Of a stretch of 32,000 nucleotides of DNA, positions 11,097 to 17,996 are shown piece after piece. This DNA is from an uncultured Gaiellaceae bacterium (GTDB lineage Bacteria; Actinomycetota; Thermoleophilia; Gaiellales; Gaiellaceae): NCBI GenBank assembly GCA_963746975.1, contig CAVVDE010000012.1:66798-98797 (forward strand), written 5' to 3'. The translations under genes and the position numbers were made by a program. Position 1 is the stretch's first letter, and each line of letters starts with the position of its first letter. The notes beneath the pieces are model-generated. The model ran no database searches. It worked only from the letters and a program-made list of their open reading frames with translations, and was not told the origin of the DNA.

Positions 11097-11944
11097 CGAG
11101 TCACGAGCTTGACGGACAGCAGCACGAGCGCGCTAGTGACGATCAGGAGCGCGCTGATCGCCAGGGCGACGTCGAAGTCGATGTCGAACTGCTCGTAGAT
11201 GGCCAGCGAAAGCGTCTGCGTGACTCCCTGGAGCGAGCCGGCGAACATGATCGTCGCGCCGAACTCCCCGAGACCGCGAGCGAACGCAAGAGCCGCGCCC
11301 GCGCCCAGGCCGCCGCGAGCGAGCGGGAGCATCACGCGCGCGAAGACGCGAGCCGGACGCGCACCCAGCGTCCTCGCAGCAGCGGGCAACGTCGGATCCA
11401 CGACCTCGAACGACGCGATCGCGGTGCGGACGTAGAACGGGCTCGCGACGAAGGTCACCGCGAGGACGACCGCGACCTTCGTGAACGCGATGTCGATGCC
11501 GAGGGTTTCGAACGTTCCTCCGAGCAGCCCGACCCTGCCGAACGCGACGAGCAGGCCGATTCCGGCGACCGCCGGCGGCAAGACCAGCGGCAGCTCGACC
11601 AGCGTGACGAGCGCGTCCCGAATCGCGCCCTGCCGTGTCGAGATCCAGTAGGCGGCCGGCGTGCCGAAGACCAGGATCGCGAGCATCGAGATCGTGATCG
11701 TCTCGGCGGTGACTCTCAGCGCATCCTTGGCGGCGCCCGTGCCGAGCGCCGAGACGAGGTCGCCGGGGGGCACCTGAAGGAAGATCGCGACGACCGGGAG
11801 CAGCAGGAAGAGGAGAGCGACGCCCGTGGCCAGAACGAGCGTCGCTCGGAAGAGCCCGTCGCCGATCAGGCGCCGGGCGGGGGAAGGAATCCGTACTCCT
11901 TCAAGGCTCGTTGGCCGCGCGCGGAGAGCAGCATCCTGATCCAC
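11036..11944 (-). CDS. modB: molybdate ABC transporter permease
   Basis: The C-terminal 280 aa of ORF 11036..12622 are hydrophobic, with the permease EAA-type loop PTLPAAARTLGARPARVFARVMLPLA. The start is uncertain: GTG 11944 is the first in-frame canonical start near the modA stop. The 3' end overlaps modC by 61 nt. Confidence 0.8.
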   Translation of the reverse strand: MDQDAALRARPTSLEGVRIPSPARRLIGDGLFRATLVLATGVALLFLLLPVVAIFLQVPPGDLVSALGTGAAKDALRVTAETITISMLAILVFGTPAAYWISTRQGAIRDALVTLVELPLVLPPAVAGIGLLVAFGRVGLLGGTFETLGIDIAFTKVAVVLAVTFVASPFYVRTAIASFEVVDPTLPAAARTLGARPARVFARVMLPLARGGLGAGAALAFARGLGEFGATIMFAGSLQGVTQTLSLAIYEQFDIDFDVALAISALLIVTSALVLLSVKLVTRWRSGSGSLTLFAATARRPT

Positions 11945-12603
11945 GCCTGGGCCGCAGCCTTCTTCGATGAGCTCGAGACGACGGCGATCTCGTACCGAAC
12001 GCGCGGCTGTGCCCAAGCAGGGATGCGGATCACCTTCACCCGGTCTGCGACGGCGCGCGCGTCCGTCACGTAGACGAAGCCGGCATCCGCCTGCCCGAGC
12101 GCGACCTTGCTCGTGACGGCGCGCACGTCGGTCTCCTGGCTCACCACCTTTGAGAGCACGGAGGAGAGCCCCAGCTTCCGCAGCACCGTGCGCGTGTACG
12201 CACCGACCGGAACCCCTGTGCCGGCGACCACGAGCTTCGCGGGCTTCCGCCGCAGGTCGTACACGGAGTGGATCCCCGCCGGATTCGACTTCGGAACGAT
12301 GAGCGCGAGCCGATTCGACGTGAACGTCACCGGCTTCTGGACGAGCCCCTGCTTGAAGAGGCGCTGCGTGTTGAGCGGCGCCGCCGACGCGAAGAGATCC
12401 GCCGGCGCGCCGTTCCGGATCTGCGTCTCGAGCGCGTTGGAGCCGGCGAAGCTGTATGTCTGCCCCGGGTCGAGCGCGCGGAACAGGTCGGTCAGCGACG
12501 CCGCTGCATAGATCGTCAGCCGCACCTGCTTCGTTTGCGCCGGGACCGCGGCGACGAGCGCCGCGAGGGCAACGAGCACGACGACCGAGATCCGGTAGAT
12601 CAT
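11866..12603 (-). CDS. modA: molybdate ABC transporter periplasmic substrate-binding protein
   Basis: Signal-like N-terminus MIYRISVVVLVALAALVAAVPA, then LTIYAAASLTDLF...FAGSNALETQIRNGAPADLFASA...GFVYVTDA, the ModA family pattern. Confidence 0.9.
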   Translation of the reverse strand: MIYRISVVVLVALAALVAAVPAQTKQVRLTIYAAASLTDLFRALDPGQTYSFAGSNALETQIRNGAPADLFASAAPLNTQRLFKQGLVQKPVTFTSNRLALIVPKSNPAGIHSVYDLRRKPAKLVVAGTGVPVGAYTRTVLRKLGLSSVLSKVVSQETDVRAVTSKVALGQADAGFVYVTDARAVADRVKVIRIPAWAQPRVRYEIAVVSSSSKKAAAQAWIRMLLSARGQRALKEYGFLPPPGA

Positions 12604-12604
12604 C

Positions 12605-12646
12605 GGTAGCGGACGCTACCACGTCTGTAGTTATTGATTGACTACC
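12605..12646. promoter_or_regulatory. nested palindromes in the very short modA / padR-tsaA divergent region (candidate operator and promoter core)
   Basis: GGTAGCG-ga-CGCTACC is a perfect 7-2-7 inverted repeat at 12605-12620. GTAGT-tattgattg-ACTAC lies at 12627-12645. Both share GTAG...CTACC half-sites. The second surrounds the only AT-rich stretch, which includes TTGACT. Confidence 0.35.
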
Positions 12647-13687
12647 GACGTGAGCCGCGCTCCCCGTACCGACCCCTCGCTGCCCGAGTGGGCCGCTCTA
12701 GGGCTGCTCTGCGAGGAGTCACGCCACGGGTGGGCGGTGGCGCACGAACTCGCACCCGACGGCGAGATCGGCCGCGTGTACTCGTGCACGCGGCCTCTCG
12801 TCTACCGGGCCCTCGGCCAGCTGCGCGATTCGGGCCTCGTCGAGGTGCGCGGTCGAGCTGTGAGCGACACGGGCCCGGCGCGTACGACGCTCGGCCCGAC
12901 TCGGGCCGGCCGCGCGGCCTTTCGCCGTTGGTGCTCGGCGCCGGTCGAGCACGTCCGGGACCTGCGGTCGGAGCTCATGCTGAAGCTGCTCTTCGCCGAG
13001 CGCGCGGGCCGCGATCCCGCGACGCTCCTCCGCGCGCAGGCGGCGCAGCTGTCGAGCGCCGAGCTCGCACTCGAGCGACAGGCGCGGGCGACGGCCGACT
13101 TCGACCGAACGCTCGTGCTCTGGCGCCTCTCGGTCGTCCGGGCGTCGCTCTCGTTCGTCGAGGCGCTCCTCGATCAGCGGACGGTCGAGCCCGTCGTGTA
13201 CAGGCCGATCGGCCTCGTCGCATCCGCACACGACGATCTCGACGGCATGCCGCTGCAACCGATCGCGGACAGGACCGGCGAGTCCCGGATCGAGATGTTC
13301 GAGGCACATCGGGGCTGCCTCGAGGACCTCGAAGGGTTCTCGCACGTCTGGGTGCTCGCGCATCTGCACGAGACGACGGGGTGGGATCCGGCCGTACCGA
13401 CGTTCCTCGACGACACGACGCACGGCACGTTCGCGACCCGCTCTCCTCGGAGACCGAACCCGGTGGGCCTTTCGCTCGCGCGCATCGTCACCGTCGAGGA
13501 GCTCGCGGTCGTCGTCGAAGGCATCGATCTCCTGACCGGAACGCCGGTTCTCGACCTCAAACCGTACGTCCCACTGTTCGACGTCCCTGGCGAAGACGTC
13601 CGCTCGGGCTGGTTCGAGGGGCGCGCAGAGCGAGTGTTCAAGCGCCGCTCGGACGACCGCTTCGCGCCCCGAAGCCGTCGCGCATAG
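12638..13687 (+). CDS. fusion protein: PadR-family winged-helix regulator (N-terminal ~175 aa) plus TsaA/TrmO-like (UPF0066) domain (C-terminal ~165 aa)
   Basis: The N-terminal part LPEWAALGLLCEESRHGWAVAHELAPDGEIGRVYSCTRPLVYRALGQLRDSGLVEV plus a helical C-terminal extension matches a full-length PadR. The C-terminal part YRPIGLVAS...LEGFSHVWVLAHLHE...HGTFATRSPRRPNPVGLSLARIV...LLTGTPVLDLKPYVPLFD matches the YaeB/TrmO signature (GxFATRSxxRPNPIGxS, DGTPxxDxKPY). Start is TTG 12638 or GTG 12650. Confidence 0.8.
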   Translation: MTTDVSRAPRTDPSLPEWAALGLLCEESRHGWAVAHELAPDGEIGRVYSCTRPLVYRALGQLRDSGLVEVRGRAVSDTGPARTTLGPTRAGRAAFRRWCSAPVEHVRDLRSELMLKLLFAERAGRDPATLLRAQAAQLSSAELALERQARATADFDRTLVLWRLSVVRASLSFVEALLDQRTVEPVVYRPIGLVASAHDDLDGMPLQPIADRTGESRIEMFEAHRGCLEDLEGFSHVWVLAHLHETTGWDPAVPTFLDDTTHGTFATRSPRRPNPVGLSLARIVTVEELAVVVEGIDLLTGTPVLDLKPYVPLFDVPGEDVRSGWFEGRAERVFKRRSDDRFAPRSRRA

Positions 13688-13786
13688 CGCGATACGTACT
13701 AATCCCCCTGCCGAAATCACGACTTCTCCCGTCGCACCGCGAGCGCAGAAGGCGCACTCTCGAGGTGACGACGACCGGGGGCGCGG

Positions 13787-15431
13787 ATGAGCGAGCACGG
13801 GACGAAGCGAGTCCTCATCGCAGGCGGTGGAGTTGCAGCACTCGAGGCTGCCCTCGCCCTCAGAGAGCTGGCGGCCGACCTCATCGCCGTCGAGCTCCTG
13901 GCGCCGCACGCGACGTTCGAGTATCAGCCGATGTCCGTCGCCGAGCCGTTCGGCCTCGGCGACGTCATGCACCTCGACCTCGATGATCTCGTCGAGGAGA
14001 TCGGAGCGCACCGGATTCCAGCCGGTCTCACCGGCATCGACGCGTGGCGGCACACCGCGCACACGACGACGAACGTCGAGGTGCCGTACGACACGTTGCT
14101 CGTCGCATGCGGCGTGCTGCCGCTGCCTGCGGTTCCGGGTGCGACGACGTTTCGCGGCTCGGTCGACGCGCCGAAGATCGGGCACCTCCTGGAGGAGCTC
14201 GACGCGGGCGACGTGCGCTCGGTCGCATTCGTCATCCCCTGGGGCGCGGTCTGGTCGCTGCCGGCCTACGAGCTCGCGCTGCTGACGGCCGTCCACCTCG
14301 GCGACAGGGGGATCCGTGATGCGCACGTCACGCTCGTGACACCCGAGACGGAGCCGCTCCAGGTCTTCGGGTCGCCGGCGAGCGACGCGATGAGGAGCCT
14401 GCTCGACGCTCGGGGCATCGAGCTGCGTGCCGGCGCCTATGCCGGAGGTTTCGCGGACGGCTCGCTCGAGCTGGTTCCGGGCGGCTCGCTCGCGGTCGAA
14501 CGGGTCGTCGCCCTGCCGAGGCTCGAGGGAGCGCCTCTCGACGGGATTCCGCAGACGCTTGCAGGGTTCATCCCGGTGGACGCCCACTGCCGCGTCCACG
14601 GGCTCGCGAACGTCTACGCAGCGGGCGACATCACGAGCTTCCCGATCAAGCAGGGCGGTCTCGCAGCGCAACAGGCGAACGTCGCGGCCGAGGCGATCGC
14701 GGCCGCGCTCGACGTCTCGATCGAGCCGAGGCCGTTCCAACCGGTTCTCCGAGGGCTGCTGCTGACCGGACGCGAGCCGCGCTACCTTCGCCGCGAGCTG
14801 AGCGGACACGCCGAGCACGAGCCGGTCACGACGTACGAGGCCCTCTGGTGGCCGCCCGCGAAGGTCGTCGGCCGGCACCTCGCACCGTTCCTCGCGCGCG
14901 TCGCCGGAGCCGAGGCACCTGCCGAGATCCCGGCACCCGAGTCGGGATCCGTACCCGTGGAGATCGAGCTCGAACCGAGCACCACCGCACTGTCGGCCGT
15001 CCCACGGCTCTCCCTGGTCGAGCTCGGGCCCGAGGAGGTCGAGATCGCCGACGTCATGGCCGAAGCGGTCGTCGTGGCGCCGGAGGACACGCTCGGCGAG
15101 GTGGCCGAGTACCTCGTCGGCACGGGATCAGACCGCTGCCGCCGTGGCCGAGTACGGCCGCCTCATCGGCATCGTCACGACCTCGGACGTCATTCGCGCG
15201 TCCGCGGCGCGCATCCTGCCGGCTGAGGCGCGTGCCCGGCACTGGATGACCGCGGAGCCCGTCACCGTCTCACCGACCTATCCCGTCTCGGCGGCCGTGA
15301 TGCTCATGGCCGAGTACCGGATCCACCACCTGGTCGTCGTCGACGGCGCACGCGTGGTCGGGATGATCGACGTCGAGGATCTGCGGCAGGGTGCACCGAC
15401 GGCCGGCTCGGAGTTCGAGCGCGTGTACTGA
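13787..15431 (+). pseudogene. SQR-like NAD(P)/FAD-dependent oxidoreductase fused to a CBS-domain pair, interrupted by one frameshift near 15125-15143 (pseudogene or assembly indel)
   Basis: N-terminal Rossmann motif KRVLIAGGGVAALEAALAL, and later VYAAGDITSFPIKQGG. The first CBS motif is split: IADVMAEAVVVAPEDTLGEVAEYLVGTG is in the 13787 frame, and AAVAEYGRLIGIVTTSDVIRA continues in the 15144 frame. The second CBS (WMTAEPVTVSPTYPVSAAVMLMAEYRIHHLVVVDGARVVGMIDVEDL) is intact in the second frame. Confidence 0.75.
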
Positions 15432-15440
15432 GTCGGCGCG

Positions 15441-15743
15441 CTACGAGTCGTCGTCCGGCACGAACGACACCTCGTCGACGTAGCACCAGAACCAGGGCTC
15501 GTACGGCTCGACCGAGCGAATGATCGGATGGCCGGTGTCGCTCGCGTGAGCGCTCGCGTGCCGGTTCGGAGAGTTGTCGCAGCAGAGGATCCGGCCACAG
15601 CTCGTGCAGCGCCGAAGGTGCACCCACCAGCCGTCGATCTCGAGACAGTCCTCGCAGCCGGGGATGTTCTCCGGCACGTCGGCGAACTCGATCGTGTCCA
15701 GGTGGCTGCAGGCCGGAGGCATGACGTCGGACGGTACCTGCAC
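15441..15743 (-). CDS. UBP-type zinc-finger (zf-UBP) domain protein
   Basis: CSHL...CEDCLEIDGWWVHLRRCTSCGRILCCDNSPNRHASAHASDTGHPIIRS..EPWFWCYVD matches the zf-UBP Cys/His pattern. The start is GTG 15743 or, perhaps more likely, ATG 15722 (MPPACSHL). Confidence 0.85.
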   Translation of the reverse strand: MQVPSDVMPPACSHLDTIEFADVPENIPGCEDCLEIDGWWVHLRRCTSCGRILCCDNSPNRHASAHASDTGHPIIRSVEPYEPWFWCYVDEVSFVPDDDS

Positions 15744-15747
15744 CCAT

Positions 15748-15917
15748 TAGATGGTCGATGCCACGAGATCGCCAGCTCGGGGGCGTGAGCTGGCCGCTCC
15801 GGGGCGCGAAGCGCACGCCCGACGCCAGGCCGCTTCGCGGCCTGCGTCCGGGCGGTAGCGGACCGGACGCGCCAGATCGCGCATCCGGACGCGCGAGATC
15901 GTGGCCTCGACCATCTA
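15748..15917. repeat. imperfect ~21-23 bp inverted repeat bracketing a hairpin-rich divergent intergenic region
   Basis: The left arm tagatggtcgatgccacgagatc (15748-15770) matches the reverse complement of the right arm gatcgtggcctcgaccatcta (15897-15917), which is tagatggtcgaggccacgatc. The match is an 11-nt perfect core plus 7 more nt, with one mismatch and a 2-nt indel. Internal perfect hairpins are GCCAGCTC-N8-GAGCTGGC (15771-15794) and GGCCGC-ttc-GCGGCC (15828-15842). Confidence 0.4.
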
Positions 15918-15920
15918 GGC

Positions 15921-16610
15921 TTGCCGCCCGTGCAGTCCGCGTTCGACGTCCGGCCGCTCGACGGCTCCGCGCTCGCGCTCGAGACGCGCGTCCTCGCAGC
16001 GGCGGAGTCGGCAGTCGTCGGCGACGAATCGAGAGACACACTGCTGTTCGTCGCCCACGGCGCCGGGTCGCTTGCCCTCGACGGCGCGAGTCACGCGCTC
16101 GCGACATCGACGGCGGCCCTCGTGCTCGCAGGAGAGACCGCGACCGTCTCGGCCGAGGACGAGCTCGAGCTCGTCGTCGCGACGGTCGGCGGCGACGTGG
16201 ACCTGCACGCGCCGATGGGACCACGCGACGTCGTCACCTCACTCGAAGACGCCGACGAACAGAAGGCGACGGGCGATCGCTCGTTCGAGATCCTCTTCGG
16301 GCCGCACAACGGCTGCACGCGAGCGACCCTCTTCGCCGGCTTCATCCCTCCTGGCACGGCGCCGTGGCATTACCACCTGTACGACGAGATCGTGTGGGTT
16401 CCCGAGGGGCCGGGTCGGTTGCACCTACAGCAGGGCGACGAACCGCTCGGGCCGGGGTCGGCGTTCCGGCTGCGCCCGCGCCAGGTGCACATCGTCGAGA
16501 ACGCGAGCTCGAGCGAGATGACGATCATCGGCGTGTTCACGCCGGCCGGAAGCCCGTCGGCCGCCTACCTCACGGCCGACGTCGCAGCCGAGTACCGCAT
16601 CGCGGGATAG
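15921..16610 (+). CDS. cupin-domain protein (two-barrel layout; C-terminal barrel carries the metal-site-like motif)
   Basis: GTAPWHYHLYDEIVWVPEGPGRLHL...GPGSAFRLRPRQVHIVEN resembles the cupin motifs G(x)5HxH...E and G(x)5P..G...H..N. The start is TTG 15921 or GTG 15930. Confidence 0.7.
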   Translation: MPPVQSAFDVRPLDGSALALETRVLAAAESAVVGDESRDTLLFVAHGAGSLALDGASHALATSTAALVLAGETATVSAEDELELVVATVGGDVDLHAPMGPRDVVTSLEDADEQKATGDRSFEILFGPHNGCTRATLFAGFIPPGTAPWHYHLYDEIVWVPEGPGRLHLQQGDEPLGPGSAFRLRPRQVHIVENASSSEMTIIGVFTPAGSPSAAYLTADVAAEYRIAG

Positions 16611-16614
16611 CGCC

Positions 16615-17667
16615 GTGGCGCTCTCGATCCCGGTCACGTGGAGCGACGCGCACCGACTCCACGCCCCGGCGACCGCGGTGTGGGTCGGCGTCCCGATCGA
16701 CGCCGACGAGCTCCCCGAGCGAGCAGAGTTGATCCGCTCGGCACTCGCGGAGGCCGGCGCTCCGGTCGTCGACGCCGTCCCGCACTCGGACGACGCGCTC
16801 CTCGCCGTGCACGACGCCGGGCTCGTGGAGTTCCTGCGCACGGCGTGGGAGAACTGGCAGGCGGGCGGGATGCCGGACGAGGCAGCGCAGCCCGACGTCG
16901 TCGGCTACATCTACCCGACCGCCGGGCTCCTCGGTGAGGTCGAGCCGCACATGCCGACGGCCCTCTCCGCGCGCACCGGCGCCTGGTCCTTCGACACGAT
17001 GACCGCCGTGGGGCAGGGAACATGGGAGGCCGCGCGAGGTGCGGTCGACGCCGCTCTCACGGCAGTCGACCTCGTTCTCGAGGGAGCACCCGCTGCGTAC
17101 GCGTGCTGCCGTCCGCCCGGCCACCACGTGACGCGATCGGCCTTCGGCGGATCCTGCTACGTGAACAATGCGGCCGTGGCAACGCAGTACCTCCGCGACC
17201 GGGGCAAGACGCGCGTTGCGATCGTCGACGTCGACGCCCATCACGGCAACGGGGCGCAGACGATCTTCTGGGAACGCGACGACGTCTTCACCGGATCCGT
17301 CCACGTCGATCCGGGCGCGGGCTGGTTCCCACACTTCCTCGGATTCGCCGACGAGACCGGCACCGCCAACCTCAACCTCCCACTCCCGCCGGGTTGCGGC
17401 GACCCGATCTGGCTCGCGGCGGTCGACCGCCTCGTCGCAACCGCCGAGGAGCACGAGGTCGACGCGCTCGTCGTCGCGCTCGGCGTCGACGCCGCGGCCG
17501 GCGACCCGAACTCGCCGCTCGCCGTGACCGAGGACGGGTTCCGCAAGGCGGGCCGCCGACTGGGCTCGCTCGACGTCCCGACCGTCCTCGTGCAGGAGGG
17601 CGGCTATGTGCTGGAGACGATCGGACCGCTCGTCCGCGCGACCCTCGAGGGTTTCGAGAGCGCGTGA
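16615..17667 (+). CDS. histone-deacetylase-family (arginase/deacetylase superfamily) amidohydrolase, acetylpolyamine/acetoin-utilisation type
   Basis: CCRPPGHHV...VAIVDVDAHHGNGAQTIFWERDDVFTGSVH...ALGVDAAAGDP...VLVQEGGY gives the catalytic HH, the DxDxHHGNG zinc site and the terminal EGGY. Confidence 0.9.
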   Translation: MALSIPVTWSDAHRLHAPATAVWVGVPIDADELPERAELIRSALAEAGAPVVDAVPHSDDALLAVHDAGLVEFLRTAWENWQAGGMPDEAAQPDVVGYIYPTAGLLGEVEPHMPTALSARTGAWSFDTMTAVGQGTWEAARGAVDAALTAVDLVLEGAPAAYACCRPPGHHVTRSAFGGSCYVNNAAVATQYLRDRGKTRVAIVDVDAHHGNGAQTIFWERDDVFTGSVHVDPGAGWFPHFLGFADETGTANLNLPLPPGCGDPIWLAAVDRLVATAEEHEVDALVVALGVDAAAGDPNSPLAVTEDGFRKAGRRLGSLDVPTVLVQEGGYVLETIGPLVRATLEGFESA

Positions 17668-17993
17668 GCACGCCGCCTCGCCGCCCGGTGCTCCTGTACG
17701 ACTCCGGCTGACGCTTTTGCCGCTGGGCGGCGCGTGTCGTCGTCCGCCTCGATCGCCGGGGGCGGCTCGCCGTCCTGCCTCTCGACGACCGCGTCGCGTC
17801 CGCGCTTCTCGCCTCGCTGGCCGAGCACGAGCGGTTCGCCAGCTGGCGGCTCGTCAAGACGGACGGCTCGACACTCGGCTACGCGGTCGTCAGAGGGCGA
17901 GTGCCGGACGCGCTCTACCGGCTCGTGGCCGACCACCGGAAGTTGCTCGGCCGGTTGGTGCCCGACGGTCCCGCTCCCCGCCGCTTTCCGTAA
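17664..17993 (+). CDS. DCC1-like (DUF393) thiol-disulfide oxidoreductase with in-frame TGA at 17709-17711 in place of the first Cys of CxxC; candidate selenoprotein, or nonsense pseudogene
   Basis: GTG 17664 overlaps the deacetylase TGA as GTGA. The frame reads VSTPPRRPVLLYDSG[TGA]RFCRWAARVVVRLDRRGRLAVLPLDD...GRLVPDGPAPRRFP then TAA at 17991-17993. The LLYD-x-x-C-x-x-C plus basic helix plus R.GRL..xPL pattern is the DCC family N-terminus. G/C-ending codons continue across the TGA. The ORF track misses it because each half is under 60 aa. Confidence 0.65.
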
Positions 17994-17996
17994 CCC

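Noticed and set aside
12604-12637. A molybdenum-cofactor riboswitch upstream of modA
   Set aside because: The leader space is only about 34 nt, far too short for a riboswitch of more than 100 nt. No matching conserved structure is visible.
9354-14878. ORFs 9354..11198 (+, 614 aa), 10790..12073 (+), 12634..13986 (+, 450 aa) and 12719..14878 (-, 719 aa)
   Set aside because: They are antisense or off-frame shadows of modC, modB, the PadR-TsaA gene and the flavoprotein gene. Their composition is Arg-rich and no domain signatures are visible.
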